A stretch of DNA of 63,631 nucleotides, counting the filler, from Octopus bimaculoides (Eukaryota), in assembly GCF_001194135.2 (NCBI RefSeq). It is 8 parts of 8 records of this genome, joined end to end, with 100 filler letters (N's around TTAATTAATTAA, not from the genome) between each part and the next. Parts side by side here need not be neighbours in the genome. Positions count along the whole stretch, not along the records: positions 10,121 to 12,775 come from NW_026298472.1; positions 12,876 to 40,798 come from NC_068999.1; 6 more parts are not named here. One strand, 5' to 3'. The translations under genes and the position numbers were made by a program. A model generated the notes under the pieces. It ran no database searches. It was not told the origin of the DNA and saw only the letters and a list, made by a program, of their open reading frames with translations. Positions 10,700-25,092 of this stretch are shown piece after piece. How positions within the stretch are numbered: the first letter of the stretch is position 1; each line of letters starts with the position of its first letter.

Positions 10700-11400
10700 A
10701 TTCGGTAGCCATGACAAAACTCCGAGTTTCGGATGCCGGGGTGGGAACCCACACCGCCATCTGTTTAGTTATCTGGCCATTGAAAATTCCCGTGAAAAAT
10801 GACCTAATGATTTGGAGCATCTGGCGGGTGATGTGTAGGATATATGACAATATTAACTAATTTGTATTATGTGTACAATTTATGTGTACACACTGAATTT
10901 CAATTTGACAGCAGGTCCATTCGGATGTACAGAGCAACTCCACCATGCCCCTCTCTTTCTATCTCAGCATATCACAACATATTGTGGTAAGTGTATTTCT
11001 GCATCCCCTATATCAAGTCTAACACGCGTTTCGCTAGTGCTATGCATAAAGCTTGACTGCATGCAACAAGGTTTTTCAAGAACAAGATTTCTGTTTTACA
11101 TTTGCTGTGTAACAACCCTCTGATATTTAGTAGAAATACTTTTGTGACGTCTGCGTTGGTGTTAGTGATGGCCATCCTGTACCTGTAGCCTCCTTGTGTG
11201 GTATTCGGTTTAGTTTCTAGTTTGCGGTTATAGCCAGGTCAGCTGCTAGACAATCTTTTGTGCCATGCACAAAAAGGTATGTTGTTCCACTGCTGCCCTT
11301 TTCACATCTGGGTGAAGCCGGCAGTTTGTTGCGCCACGCACTACATTAGCATATCGTCTTTCGGGAGTAGATAGTGCTCCATTTTTTCTACTTTGGTGTC
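10700..11400 (-). mobile_element. CR1-group LINE remnant: ORF1 end and APE endonuclease start of ORF2
   Basis: With frameshifts it reads VFLLNIRGLLHSK...LCIALA...DIGDAEIHLPQYVVIC*DRKR/GHGGVALYIR, the conserved N-terminal motifs of the AP-like endonuclease. Confidence 0.75.
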
Positions 11401-13341
11401 TTTCCTTCTTTATCCCTCGTCGAAGGGAGTATTGTCCTGGGTCTATGCAGAATTTCTTTCGGCTCTTTTCGTTCTGAGTTAAAATATGCCTTTCGTCTTT
11501 TCGGAGTTACATTAGATAAGTACCAGTTGAGTAATGGGAACGATATAAGTAACATACTTCACCACTTTAATCTGCAGGCCTTGTACTAAAATTTGATACT
11601 ATTCAAGCGAAAAAGCATCAACTCAAGATGTGTAGTAGAGCCGATTAAATCCATCAAGTATTTGCTATATATCATATTTTCCGGTATACAAGTCCAATTT
11701 TTGAGACAATACTTACGTCCAAGAAAGCCAGCTTAACGTATAAACTAAAATTTCCATGTGAAGTGCAACAGAACTTGAAACGATAGTGACAATTCTTTAA
11801 TATTTACACTACATGTTTACATTAGATACCATGCCGACTTGTATACCGGAAAAGATGCTAGTTTATTTCATCGAACTCCGAATAAAAGATAAACTGCCCA
11901 GAAAGAAATTGAACTCAGAACATTGAAATGAATGACGGTAGACATTGTTAGATGATCTAGTGGTTCTGCCAGCTCAGCATAGAATATCATATGTCGTGTG
12001 TTATAAGGATACATAATAATTCTTAGAGGTGGGTATGAAATGATATACGTATAGAAACAATAACAATCATGTTCATAGGTAGATATATATAAAAATAATT
12101 TGTTCCAAAGATATTATAATCAAGCACCAACCCCGCGGATGGTGGAAAACAAGGAAATAATAGCAAACTAATTCCAAGATGATATCTTGGAATATTTTAA
12201 TTGTAAGTATGAATGAAAAAAATATCATTTAGAATACACGAAGTTAAAACTAAATAAATGTAAACACGACAAATGGATTAGGCTGATAATAAACAAAACT
12301 TAATAAATAAATAACGTAACCACGTATTATGGAGCAATAACAGAAATATTAAGAAAGAGTTCTAAATGAATTGATAAAATGTTATTTTAATATCAATTCC
12401 AATATTGGAATTAAAATTAAATTCATATCTTGATATAAAAAAATATAGCAACAGTATTTTAATATATATAAAATGCAAGTCAGCCAAGATGGAAGTCGTA
12501 TTAATATTCCACCTGATCATTCAGTACAGAATTACGTATAGAACTTCAGTGATGATGTGTAAAACGTATAATATACATCAACATATATTATACATTTAAT
12601 AATCATTGTGAATATTTGTTTAAATCTAACCTTAATGATAAAAGTCATCAGAGTATAATATCTTACACACGCACACTCACACACACATACACACACACAC
12701 ACACATGAACACAGATACATATGTGTATGTGCATGTGTGAGTGTATGTAAGCATTTGTGGATATAGATATGCAACNNNNNNNNNNNNNNNNNNNNNNNNN
12801 NNNNNNNNNNNNNNNNNNNTTAATTAATTAANNNNNNNNNNNNNNNNNNNNNNNNNNNNNNNNNNNNNNNNNNNNTATATAGACCTATATGCATACGATC
12901 TCATACTTGAATATATACATACGCACACATGTTTATACAACGTTTAGATGTACATATTTAAAGAGACAAATAAATTATAATCTAAATAAAACGATCTTGA
13001 CTCTATTAAAAGCTATGTGTGTGTGTGTGTGTGTGTAAATATACATATGGGAAGCATAGCTAGCCAAATAGGTGAATGGTGTGGAAGACTGGACTGGTTA
13101 CAAGACCTAAGGTACTTTGGGTGGGGGGTACGTTAGCCTTTCAGCACAGCTATAGCAGGGAATTTGACAGCAGAGGCTTATTCAGGATTCATATGGGTGT
13201 AGCCTGGACTCCTCAGAATATAAGGAAATAAGGGTCGAAACGCTTGCATGAGAGGATGCTCCTTCTCTTAAGGCCTTCAGCCGTTCAGATCAATCTAGAA
13301 TTTCTTAAGACTACTACTTCTACTATACAACAAAAACAAGA

Positions 13342-13409
<68 letters not shown>

Positions 13410-13664
13410 TGTTACATCCACCCCCACCACACCAACGACAGCTTCAACAACTACTACCGGTATGACTTTGAATCTCTATAATGATTCAAAATAATGATTT
13501 TGATACTTCATGATTCCACCTCCAATCATCTAATTGTATGTGTATATCTCTGGTTTTCTTTAAAGAGCCTTTATTTTTTATATCTAATGTGCATTTTTTT
13601 TCTATTCTTTTTACTTTTCCCCTATTTATTCCACGTGTCGTCTTTTTCTTTGAAACCTATTTCT

Positions 13665-13702
<38 letters not shown>

Positions 13703-14415
13703 NNNNNNNNNNNNNNNNNNNNNNNNNNNNNNNNNNNNNNNNNNNNNNNNNNNNNNNNNNNNNNNNNNNNNNNNNNNNNNNNNNNNNNNNNNNNNNNNNN
13801 NNNNNNNNNNNNNNNNNNNNNNNNNNNNNNNNNNNNNNNNNNNNNNNNNNNNNNNNNNNNNNNNNNNNNNNNNNNNNNNNNNNNNNNNNNNNNNNNNNNN
13901 NNNNNNNNNNNNNNNNNNNNNNNNNNNNNNNNNNNNNNNNNNNNNNNNNNNNNNNNNNNNNNNNNNNNNNNNNNNNNNNNNNNNNNNNATATATATATAT
14001 ATATATATATATATACAAGCTTATGTCTGCCCCATAATTGAAACTTTCTTCATTAATTCAACTATTTCTTATTTTTTTCACAATATGCGAATTTGAAATG
14101 TATTTGTGTAACCACCAACGTAAAACCAAGCCTACCGATTCGATATATTCAATTCATAATTCCAATACTTGAAATCAATCTGTTTAGCTATTGAGTTTCA
14201 ATTTATGATTGAAAGATATTTCATCGATTTCATAGGTACGATAGACAAATTCAAAATTTATCATAAATTATCGATTATCAATTACCAATACTCAGTACTT
14301 CCCCTCCCCATTTTGTTTTTAAATTGGATTCCGTATTGTAATGCTAGTGAATCACCACAATTACCATATTTCATCGAAGCCCTGTAAGAAGGAAATACAA
14401 AGTTTACTTTGATAT

Positions 14416-14635
14416 ATGTAAGGGTGCTGATATGTTTCTGACTTTAAGGGGGTCGCGAAAGGCCTGGTCGGAGGCCCAAACTTCCCACTTATTTTACAGG
14501 GCTTAGAAAAACTGTAGGACCGCTGCAATAAGCGTGTGAATTTGGGAGGGGAATATGTTGAATAAAATTATAATTAACTGATCCTCCTGTACTTTCTTTT
14601 ACTCCAAACCAGGGACTTTGCAGCATCCCTTCGTA
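14416..14635 (+). mobile_element. Mariner-derived MITE (~220 bp)
   Basis: Imperfect TIRs (TAAGGGTGCTGATATGTTTCTG and CAGGGACTTTGCAGCATCCCTTCGTA) surround the transposase C-terminus GLEKL*DRCNKRVNLGGEYVE*. Confidence 0.7.
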
Positions 14636-14879
14636 TATAATATTACATACCATGTACATACACACATTCACATACACATACAAAATGATATATGCACATA
14701 TATATATATATATACATCCACTCGTACATAGACATATACATATATATACAGGCTTAACGCAGTTTCTGTTCACCAAAATCTGTCAAAAGTCACTGATCGG
14801 CCTGGGACTATTATGGAAGACAATTGCCCAAAGTGTTGCGCTGTAGGACTGAAATCGAATCGATGTGGTNNNNNNNNNN

Positions 14880-15200
14880 GGGGGCGGATTCTTGATGCAC
14901 AATACTGCGGACGGCGAAAAACAAAATGATGAACATGCACTTGATTGAGCTGCGGCTCACACCTGCCTTCTTCGGTCGTGGATAAGAAGGGCTCTTCCTT
15001 TGTAACAATTGCTGCTTCGTCTCAGGCTCGTACCCGTAGCCCCAGCTTTCATCACCTGTGACGTTAATTTTGCGTTAAACTTCATCCCAAGTTTAACACA
15101 AAATTTCACGTTGGCTCTTCGTTCCAATTTCCTGTCGATGACAAAATCGCAGACTACAGCATACACGTGATCACAAAAACACAAATTTCACAATTTTCTT
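14880..15200 (-). mobile_element. Mariner remnant with an internal deletion
   Basis: The N-terminal LERRANVKFCVKLG is followed about 25 nt later by VTGDESWGYGYEPETKQQ...SPSYPRPKKA...IVHQE. The intervening HTH region is missing. Confidence 0.8.
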
Positions 15201-15905
15201 CACATTTTCAAGATTAATACATCTTATCACTAATATAACCTCAAAATATTTGATTTATGAAGCTGAGAAGATTTCATAAACAGGACATCATTTTTATATT
15301 TCTCTACAAGTAGATTCAATTTTCTTCTAAATACAATCCATCTCCATTGTGGAAATAAAGGTATCTTAATTTATCAGAATAACATACCTCTTTATTTTGT
15401 GCTGTAATTTAATCACTCTGTTAATCCCGTTCCCGAGATTGCCTTCTTAGAGCATCGAAGCATTTACCGTTGCGTGTTTTTAAGAGCTATAGTAATCATC
15501 AAGTTACTTTTACTGGTTTCTTTTTGCATTCTATATTAAGAGGAATTGTCCTTTTTATATATAATTACATCTGCAATCTCTCTTTATGATTTCTCCCTAA
15601 ACGCATTTACTTTACCGATTCCAAATGGGTTTTCAATGATAAACTTACGTGTGTTATCTCGTTTGTAAGAATCAAATGTCTTCGCTGTAGCAGATGCAAT
15701 TTTTTATAATCTCGTCCTCAAACACGTATTAGATTTTATCATGTTGCTGTTTTTGTGTTTAGTATTGTATGGCTCTGCGAATGTTTGATTTCTGCTGCCA
15801 TTGCTGTTATTGTTTACATACAAGTAAGCTTCCATCGCAGAAAATCCCCTCAAAACTGTGATCTTTCTCTATTTATTTGTGCTTCCTTTCCTTCCTTCTT
15901 TTTTT

Positions 15906-15971
<66 letters not shown>

Positions 15972-15991
15972 CGTCTGTCTGTCTGTCTTGA

Positions 15992-16342
15992 CACGAGCAG
16001 AGTTAATGCGAGAGCATCATAGTCATATGTTGAGAGGAATTCTTTGGGGGTTTGAATAATTCACCTCTGGAAACATGGGAGTTTTATTCATCGTCCTTAC
16101 CTTATTCAGTGAACTTTTGAGCAGGATGAGCTACTCGACCTGAAGAAAATTCTAACTGGGCCCCACCTGCAAGGTCATACGCTGTTAACTTTGATATGAG
16201 ATTACCATGTCGGGCATATATTGTTGTGATGCATGTGCGTGTTGTACCCTTATCAGACGGGTAGTCTTGATGGGTAAATTGGGCTTCGTACATTTATGCC
16301 CCAGTATCATTTTGATAGCATGCATGCACTGCTTTCTCACTC
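15992..16342 (+). mobile_element. Element B, 5'-truncated copy, tail-to-tail with a family A SINE (16420-16590, -)
   Basis: Reverse-complement match to 331-690. Ends CTCACTCAATAATAAT, followed by a shared (AAT)n tract. Confidence 0.75.
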
Positions 16343-16364
16343 AATAATAATGATTATGATGATG

Positions 16365-16420
<56 letters not shown>

Positions 16421-16592
16421 TATTCTTTAAAATTTTGGCACAAGGCAGGCAATTTCAGGGAAGCGGGTACATCGATTACATTGACCCCACTGTTTCACTG
16501 GTACTTCTTTTAGCAACTCTGGAAAGATGAAAATAAAGTCAGCCCCGACGGAATTCGAGCTCAAAACGTAAGGACAAACAAAATTCTGCTGC

Positions 16593-16646
<54 letters not shown>

Positions 16647-17115
16647 TAACTAGAAACAAAATATTTAATATACGAAAGGAAATAAAAAAATATAAGTGAT
16701 AATATAAATCAAAAGAATTTAAACTTCCTTTAGGAAAATACGTGTGTAAGATATGACGGGTTAACTATCAAAATTAGACAAAAGAAATTTACTTTTAACG
16801 TTAATGGAATTTTCTCCCGCTCTCTGTCTATCGATAATATATTTTAAAATTTTGAATATTTTTGTTTTCTATGCTCTTTCTTCCTTTTTTTCTTCCTTTT
16901 TTTCAGATTTACGCACGTTACCTTAGATAAATTAAACTGAATTTCGCTTTGTAATTTTGCTGTTTCTGTAATCAATGTTAAACGTTTTAATACAAAGAAT
17001 ATAACGCCAAGAACGAGACGATCTCTATTAGAAAAAAATTAATACCAAGGAAAGAAACAAGGGGTTATATATATGTATGTATATGTGTATCTATTGTCAT
17101 ATAAATATATATGTG

Positions 17116-17148
<33 letters not shown>

Positions 17149-17176
17149 TATATATAAATGTATGTATATATATATT

Positions 17177-17207
<31 letters not shown>

Positions 17208-17659
17208 TCTATATATATATATATATATATGCATATATATAATTGGATATATCTGTGTATTTATATCCATACATATTTGCACACGCATGCCCCCCCCCCC
17301 ACAATATAATTGAAGGAAATTTGATAATGTAAATAATGTAAGCCAAATTTATTATGTAACAAAAGAAAACAACGATGATACTTTTGAAATATTTGTTGTA
17401 AGAATTATGAATACAATAAGTGTATAAAATACATGGAAGACATTTTAAAAATGTGTATGAGAAAAAAGATTGGCACTTTTATTAAAATGCTATAAAAATG
17501 TTAAATAGCTTGTTGTTAACGCTATATTTTGGAAGATAATGAAATCCCTTTGGCGCGAAAGCAAAAAAGAATAGATAAGTTAATAGAGAAACAAATTTAA
17601 GAAATTTTAAGAAGATTGAATTTACAGATAAAAAGTATTTTTACTATTATTATTATTAA

Positions 17660-18500
17660 AGGCGGCGAGCAGGCAGAATTGTTGGGCGTAATATCTAGCG
17701 GTATTTCGTCTGCAGTTACGTTCTGATTTCAAATTCCGACGAGCTCTTCTTTGCCTTTCATCCTTTCGAGGGTCGATTAAATAAGTACCAGTTACACACT
17801 GGGTAGATGTAAACGACTTAATTCTTTTGTCTGTCCTTGCTTGTCTCCTGTATGTTTATCCCCCTGTGGGCAATAAAGAAATAAATACCTAACGGTATTT
17901 CGTCTTCTGCTCCGTTCTGAGTTCAAATTCTGCCGAGGTTGACTTTGCCTTTTATCCTTTCGGGGTCGATGAATTAAGTACCAGTTGCGTACTTGGGTAG
18001 ATCTAATCGACTGGCACCTCCCCCCAAATTTCGGGCCTTGTGCCTAGAGTAGAAAAAAAAAAAAAAGAATCGTTAGCAAGACAGGCAAAATACTTAACGA
18101 TTTTACGCTCTGAGTTCAAATTCCGCTGAGGTCGACTTTGCCTTTCATCATTTCAGAGTCGATAAAATAAGTACAAGTTAAAGATTGGGGTTGTTGTGAC
18201 TGAGATACCCCTCCCCTAAAATTACTGGCCTTGAGACAAAATTTGAAGACATTATCATTATAGCAGCCGAAAAAGTCATTAGCACGCCAGATTAAATGCT
18301 GAGCAGCATTTCTCCCGGCTGTACGTTTTGAGTTCAAATGCTGCCGACTTCAACTTAGCTGTTCGTTCTTTCGGTGGTGCATAAAAAAATATACCAATTG
18401 AGCATTGGAGATAATATTATTGTTTTACCCTTCCTCGTAAAAAGGTACCTTGTACCAACATTTGGTACACTTGGCCTTGTACCAACATTTGAAACCATTA
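17660..18500 (+). mobile_element. Head-to-tail array of four family A SINEs
   Basis: Four successive GAGTTCAAAT...TTTCATCCTTTC...AAGTACCA units starting near 17660, 17888, 18068 and 18262. Confidence 0.8.
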
Positions 18501-19579
18501 ATAGTGCATCTTTCATTTCTTTGATGTTTCTGCTGTTGTAATAGTCGTTGTACCAGTTACAAGCAACACTGCTTTTGATATAGTTAAGGACTTTACCGTC
18601 ATCACAATAACTTTTGGTATCGTGGCTGTTTGTGGAAGTGTTGACATTACTAAGAATGGTGCGGAGATAAAAACCCTCTAAATTCTGTGTGGTCTTTAGT
18701 TAAGTCTTTTTATGTTTTGACTTGAAATCCCGCCCAAATCCACTTTGCCATCCGTCCTTTTGCGATCGATATAATAAGCGTCATTAAAAGTACTGCGTCG
18801 TTTGAATAGACTATATGCTCTCACAAAACGCCTGGCCTTGTACCAATATGCGACAAATCTACGGAAATCACTGTAATAATAAATTTGTTATTGGCTCGAT
18901 GACAGATACAGATTTCTGTTGATTACGCTCTCTTTTGGAGTATCATTGTTATTCATTTCATCCATCTGATGAAATAAAAATAAGAAGCCATCTCGTCAAA
19001 TTGAAATTTAATATACATAGCATAACAAACTAGTGTGTGAATTGTCAGATTGCTAGAAAACATTGTATGAGAAGATATGACGTAATAAGCCTCCAGCGAA
19101 ATGCTATTAAAAAGTGGTAAAAGCAAATTGGACTGACCAACACAAATGTACACACATACACGCGCACAAACGCTCACGTATTGTTTAATATATATATATG
19201 TATATCTTTATATATGAGTGTGTGTGTATATGTGTGTGTTTGTGTTTGTATGTGTCGATGTATATATTGCAAGTTAAATTCATGTACTTATAAGATGTTA
19301 GACGTAAGAGAACACACGAAGAGATGAACATCTTGAACTTGATATTTTCATCACACCGATGGAAGAAATAGTTTATAGATAGACAGACAAACAGATAGAC
19401 AGGCAAACAGATAGACAAACAAGTAGATAGATATATAGATATATAGACAGACAGATAGATAGATAGATGGCTAAATAGACAGGCATACAGATAGATAGAT
19501 ACATACATATACGTATACATGCATACATGCATACATACATACATACAGACATACATACTTATCTACCTATCTACCTACA

Positions 19580-19619
<40 letters not shown>

Positions 19620-20310
19620 CCATCATACAAACATTCACACATACATACGTACATATATAAACAGACACATAAATACATACATACATGCATACGTATATAC
19701 ATACATATATACATACGTACACACATACACATATACAGACACACATACATACGTACGTACATACATGCATACATACATACGTACATACATACATACATGC
19801 ATGCATGCATACAGACAGACATGATGTAGGATTGTTGTTTCTCGTAGTCCGATGCCCATGGATGTGCAATATTTTGCTGAACCGCTTGCGCAAACGATTT
19901 GTTTACAGTGATCCAATGTTTGTGCCATTCATTAGCTCACCCCCTCCATCAAATCAACGTTACCTGAACAGGTGCACTGGGTGTCATGCATCAGATGTCA
20001 AAATGCTTCCAGAGCAACGTGGGATGAAGGTTTTTTGCTTGAAGAAACACACCACACCGGCCAGTCCAAGAACTGAAACCACGATCTCGCGACTGTGAGT
20101 GCATCGTCCTAACCACTAGGCCGTGCGCCTTCGACACTTGAATACATACGTGCAAACGTACAAGTATATATACATACTGTTGGGGAAGGATTCCAACCAG
20201 CCCCATGGGACTAAAAGTGAACTGACACGTTGCTATAAAATAAAGAACTGTCAGCATACATACATATTACACACACAATTCATACATACATGCATACATA
20301 ATACATATAC

Positions 20311-20342
<32 letters not shown>

Positions 20343-21116
20343 CTCTCTCTATCTATCTATCTATCTACACACACACACACACACACGTACACATACACAC
20401 ACACATATGTATGTATATATATATAATACACATACATATATGGTTATTCTTAAGTGCAGCACAACGACTTAATTTAATAATTCACTACATTCCAGTGCCG
20501 TTGTCCTATAAAGATATCGATATACTACATCATAAAAGATGCCATTCATATAAGTAGCAGCATGAACATAAAGACCTCGATTACCAACCAGAGAGATAGC
20601 CCTTTGTATGAAAAGGTATATTTAGAAAACCACTAAGTTTTACGTGCTGAAGGAGCTCACACAGCAACAATATAAAATATTGTGTCCTCTTCATCTAACG
20701 CATTTAGAACCCTGCAGTGATTTCAATTTAAATAATGCGAGCTGGCAGATCGATAACATTTCTAAGAAAACTCGGTCAATTCACTGCGACGTAACGTTAA
20801 GTATTTCAATAAAAGAACTGGTCCTACTTGTAAGTACAACAGATAATGTATTACGTATTTTGCCAGGGAACCACGTACATACAATGAGTGCAAATGTCAG
20901 CAGCCAATCACATTGAAGAGGACATGCTTCTATAGCAAATGTAAACGGAATCTTAAACTACATTTACATATACGAGAGAGAGAGAGAGGAGGAGTGTGTG
21001 TGTGTGTGCGTGTGTGTGTGTGTGTGTGTATGTGTGTACTGATGTCTTGCGTGTACAGTTTGAAGTAGGAATACTGTTGTATGAGTTACAGCTCCAGGTC
21101 GATTATCATCATCTAG

Positions 21117-21184
21117 ACGGCTCCATCCAGAGCTATATTTTCACACTACACAGTCTCCTTTACACACGTGGTCTTTCTTAAGGG
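21117..21184 (+). CDS. Weak candidate exon of the unnamed + strand gene (TAPSRAIFSHYTVSFTHVVFLK-G)
   Basis: Donor GG|GTATGT gives phase 2, which matches the exon at 22729. The acceptor (ATCTAG) is poor and alternative acceptors exist. Confidence 0.25.
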
Positions 21185-21958
21185 GTATGTTTCGCATATT
21201 ATTAACCTGATGGATCTCCCTTAGTATCCTTCAGGATTTTTCTAAATTTGCGGGCTAGTTCCCAGAGTGGTATGGCTTAAACAAACGTCACCTCTTCGAA
21301 GTTGTCGGCATTGTACCACGTGTTCCTTTTGTTCGTTTTATCATATTTTCTTACTACGGTATCTAAGTTCTGTTCTATCGGTATCCTTATTTACAATCTC
21401 TTCAAATTTCTTTCTAGCCCAACCACCGTACACTCGGATCCTATCTTTCTGGTTGTATCCCGAAAACTGCATTTTTACAGGTAAAAATCTCAATTAAAAT
21501 CAATTTATTAAAAATTAAAATTAAATTAAGCTTCACAGTATGAAATATATATAAATATGAGTTCATAAACCTTGTTTTTTTTCTCCCTAATACTANNNNN
21601 NNNNNNNNNNNNNNNNNNNNNNNNNNNNNNNNNNNNNNNNNNNNNNNNNNNNNNNNNNNNNNNNNNNNNNNNNNNNNNNNNNNNNNNNNNNNNNNNNNNN
21701 NNNNNNNNNNNNNNNNNNNNNNNNNNNNNNNNNNNNNNNNNNNNNNNNNNNNNNNNNNNNNNNNNNNNNNNNNNNNNNNNNNNNNNNNNNNNNNNNNNNN
21801 NNNNNNNNNNNNNNNNNNNNNNNNNNNNNNNNNNNNNNNNNNNNNNNNNNNNNNNNNNNNNNNNNNNNNNNNNNNNNNNNNNNNNNNNNNTAGACACACA
21901 CATACACACATGCATATATATACATACCAGCATGTGCACATGCACACACGCAAACACA

Positions 21959-22001
<43 letters not shown>

Positions 22002-22471
22002 ACACACACACATGTATACGTTCACACACGCGTTCCTCTACAATCCGCTTCTGTAAGCAAGCGGTGTATGTTTCAAGTGGAAACCCATATTAAAGTAATT
22101 TACATCAATGGAAAAACATCTGTTTGGCGTGTGTATGCGTGTTTTTGTATGTCTATGAAGATGGATCTATGTTTCTAGAGCCTGCGTTTGGAAGTGTGTC
22201 GTTTAAGACACATGTGGTGTAGCACAACAGTCTGTTACATTGCATAAGATATGGTCTTTATTTAGCTTATGAATGATAGTTATGACTATCTATCTATGAA
22301 TTATATATATATCTCTTTCTGTCTATCTATCTGTATTTCTGTATACTGTACACATGTGTTGCTTCGCGTGTGTGACTATGCGTTTGTGTGCGATGGTCTG
22401 TATGTGTGTATGTATGTATAAATTCATACATGCACACGCACATATCTATATATATTTATATATGTGTATAT

Positions 22472-22524
<53 letters not shown>

Positions 22525-22728
22525 AAGGGAGAATGAGGGAGAGAGAGACGTGAGAAGAAGATTGATTAATATTGACTTTAGTAAATTCACATTTAGCATC
22601 ACGGCAGCGTGTAATTCAAGTAGATAAGCCAGTGGATTTTCTCTCTGTAACTTGACAACCCTGTATCACTCTCGTTTCAGCCTTTATTAACGTCTCATCA
22701 GAGGCCATTTACTGTTTTCTCTCCACAG

Positions 22729-22852
22729 ATGGATATTATCGTATTTCTATGTATTGTATATCCAAAACGGAACAGAACAAGATCGACTTGCGAAATCTTT
22801 TTTTCTGTCCCTACAGTCGTTGCCAACGTGGACAAAATCACCATACAAAAAG
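22729..22852 (+). CDS. Candidate internal exon (124 nt) of an unnamed gene
   Basis: Acceptor TTTTCTCTCCACAG and donor AAG|GTAAAA. All three frames are open. The phase 2-to-0 frame reads WILSYFYVLYIQNGTEQDRLAKSFFLSLQSLPTWTKSPYKK. Confidence 0.55.
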
Positions 22853-24781
22853 GTAAAATAAGAAGAAATATAAGGTGAAATTTTCAAGTGGGTCTTCTTA
22901 GTAAACACACACTCATCCTCGCCTTTCTTCGTTTGGGGAGCTGCATGTGTAACAGAGAAATAACGAGGCTTTACTAATCGTTAAAATTATTCTGACCATT
23001 TTGTTGCTTTGGCGAAAGAGACAAAAAAGAGAGAAAGCGTGTGGCTTATCTGCGACGTCTGCTATACACTAAAAACACATCCACGTAAGTTTACTTTAGA
23101 GTTGTACTTATCCAACAGCTGCACAGTTCTTCTGTAAATTAATTAATTCACGCTGTTAACATATCAACTGTTATGAAACTTAGACTAATTTATGTATATC
23201 CTAGATAAGTGCAAGCAGGGCCAGATTTAGACCTTGGGTGGTGAGGTGAGATACTTCAGTTTTGATGGATCCCTAATTCACATAACTTCAAATACACGGA
23301 AAATCACCAAACGTACCCGTTTAACAGGGATTGATCAGTTACGTATGTACGCAAAACTTAACCTTTTAGCAGTCAGATTATTTTGTCTGATTCATTGTTT
23401 TTTGATTGATTATGGATTATCTCACAATTTTGAGATTTCGATGGCGTGATTTTTTTAATTTGAAAATGATATTGTATGGCAGGTGGGAGAGTCAGTATCT
23501 GGCCAGTTTGAACATAAGATCGGTAAGATATTTGGGCCTGATATGACTGGTTTAAATGCTGAAGAGTGAAACACGAAAAACTAATCAAATATACACAAAT
23601 ACAAACACGGAAATATTCTTTTCTACTCTAAGCACAAAGCCCGAAATTTTGGGGGAGGGGGCCAGTCGATTAGATCGACCCCAGTACGCAACTGGTACTT
23701 AATTTATCGAACCCCTTTTTCTTGAAACTGTAAGACCATACTATTGTTTAACAATGATGTAACATATCATACACCGCTATGCGTTTTGAGTTCAAATCCC
23801 GCCCGGGTCACCATTATAGTAAAATAACTTCTTCTGCGTGGGTGAATAAAACCGCATACTGTTGATGCTACAGCTCATAATAATGGTTTCTGATTTATGC
23901 AGAAGGCCAACAATTTTTAGAGAAAGGGGTTTGTCGATAAAATACGTCCTGGCACTACATAGGTATTTTATTTATTGACCCTGAAAAGACGAATGGCAAA
24001 GTTGATCTTGGTGCGATTTGAGCTCAGAACGTAAAAATCGGCATAGATCTACAAGGCACTTTTCTGCGAAATTGCCACCCTTATAACTGCTTTTAATTTT
24101 GGAAGAAAACCAATAATTTTAAGGGCGCGGGTGGTATTTCGATACCATCCGCCCAAGAACTAGACTGTTACTTTATTTTATGGACCTGGAAAAGATGAAA
24201 GTAACGGTTGACCTCGGTGTGATTTGAACTTAGAGATTAAAAACCCAGAACAAATAACGCAAATTATTTCTGACTTCCTAAAGATTCTGTGGCCTTGGTT
24301 AATTGAAAACAAATATTCTTTAAATTTCCTTCATAATTTGCTTCTCTTTCTCTAAGGATAATATCGTCTTTCGCAGAAAAAATAGGTTCAAACATATTTG
24401 GATATACATCATACTGGTTGCTGAATCAAAACGTTTAGACGAAATAATTATCTGATGCACAACAGTTAAATGAATTTACGAGTGCATCATCTGTGATTGT
24501 AATATCAACATTGAATGTTCTGTGTGGTAACTTGGAATCCTATCAAATAATTCAATTCCTATCGTAGTCTATTGTTAGTTGTTTCGTTTTTATCAAAAGT
24601 AAACATTGAAGAGTCATCAAATCTCCAGACAGTATATACATAAACATATTCATGCATAAACACTGTATCTCCGGATTCTAACGCTTCTCTTCTTTCATGT
24701 CGATATGTATCTGCACATACGCTTACCGATCTATCTATCTATCTATCTATCGATCTATCTATCTATCTCTCTATCTCTCTA

Positions 24782-24819
<38 letters not shown>

Positions 24820-24869
24820 ATTCTTTCTGTCCGTCTTCCTACCTATCTACTTAACACATTTGTATGTGC

Positions 24870-24918
<49 letters not shown>

Positions 24919-25092
24919 CGTACAAGATTCCACGCAGTGGGACTGAACCGGGAACCATGCAGCTGGGAACCCAGATTCTTACCATACAGTTACGCCTGTG
25001 CCTACAACGTACGTACATTTAGTTACGTTGTGAAAATAATCACCGTGATTAAAGTAAAATTGCATTTGGCAGGTTGTAATGAATAGCGAAGT

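Noticed and set aside
17660-18500. CRISPR-like array of repeats with spacers
   Set aside because: The units are ~200-bp diverged SINE copies in a eukaryotic genome, with no cas genes.
22671-22704. Minus-strand CTGATGA...GAAAC hammerhead
   Set aside because: Stem II pairs poorly and there is no valid NUH triplet. It may be chance or a very old relic.
23217-23505. hAT-like MITE (CAGGGCCAGATTTA...TATCTGGCC)
   Set aside because: The terminal match is only about 9 bp and I see no TSD; too weak to list as a feature.
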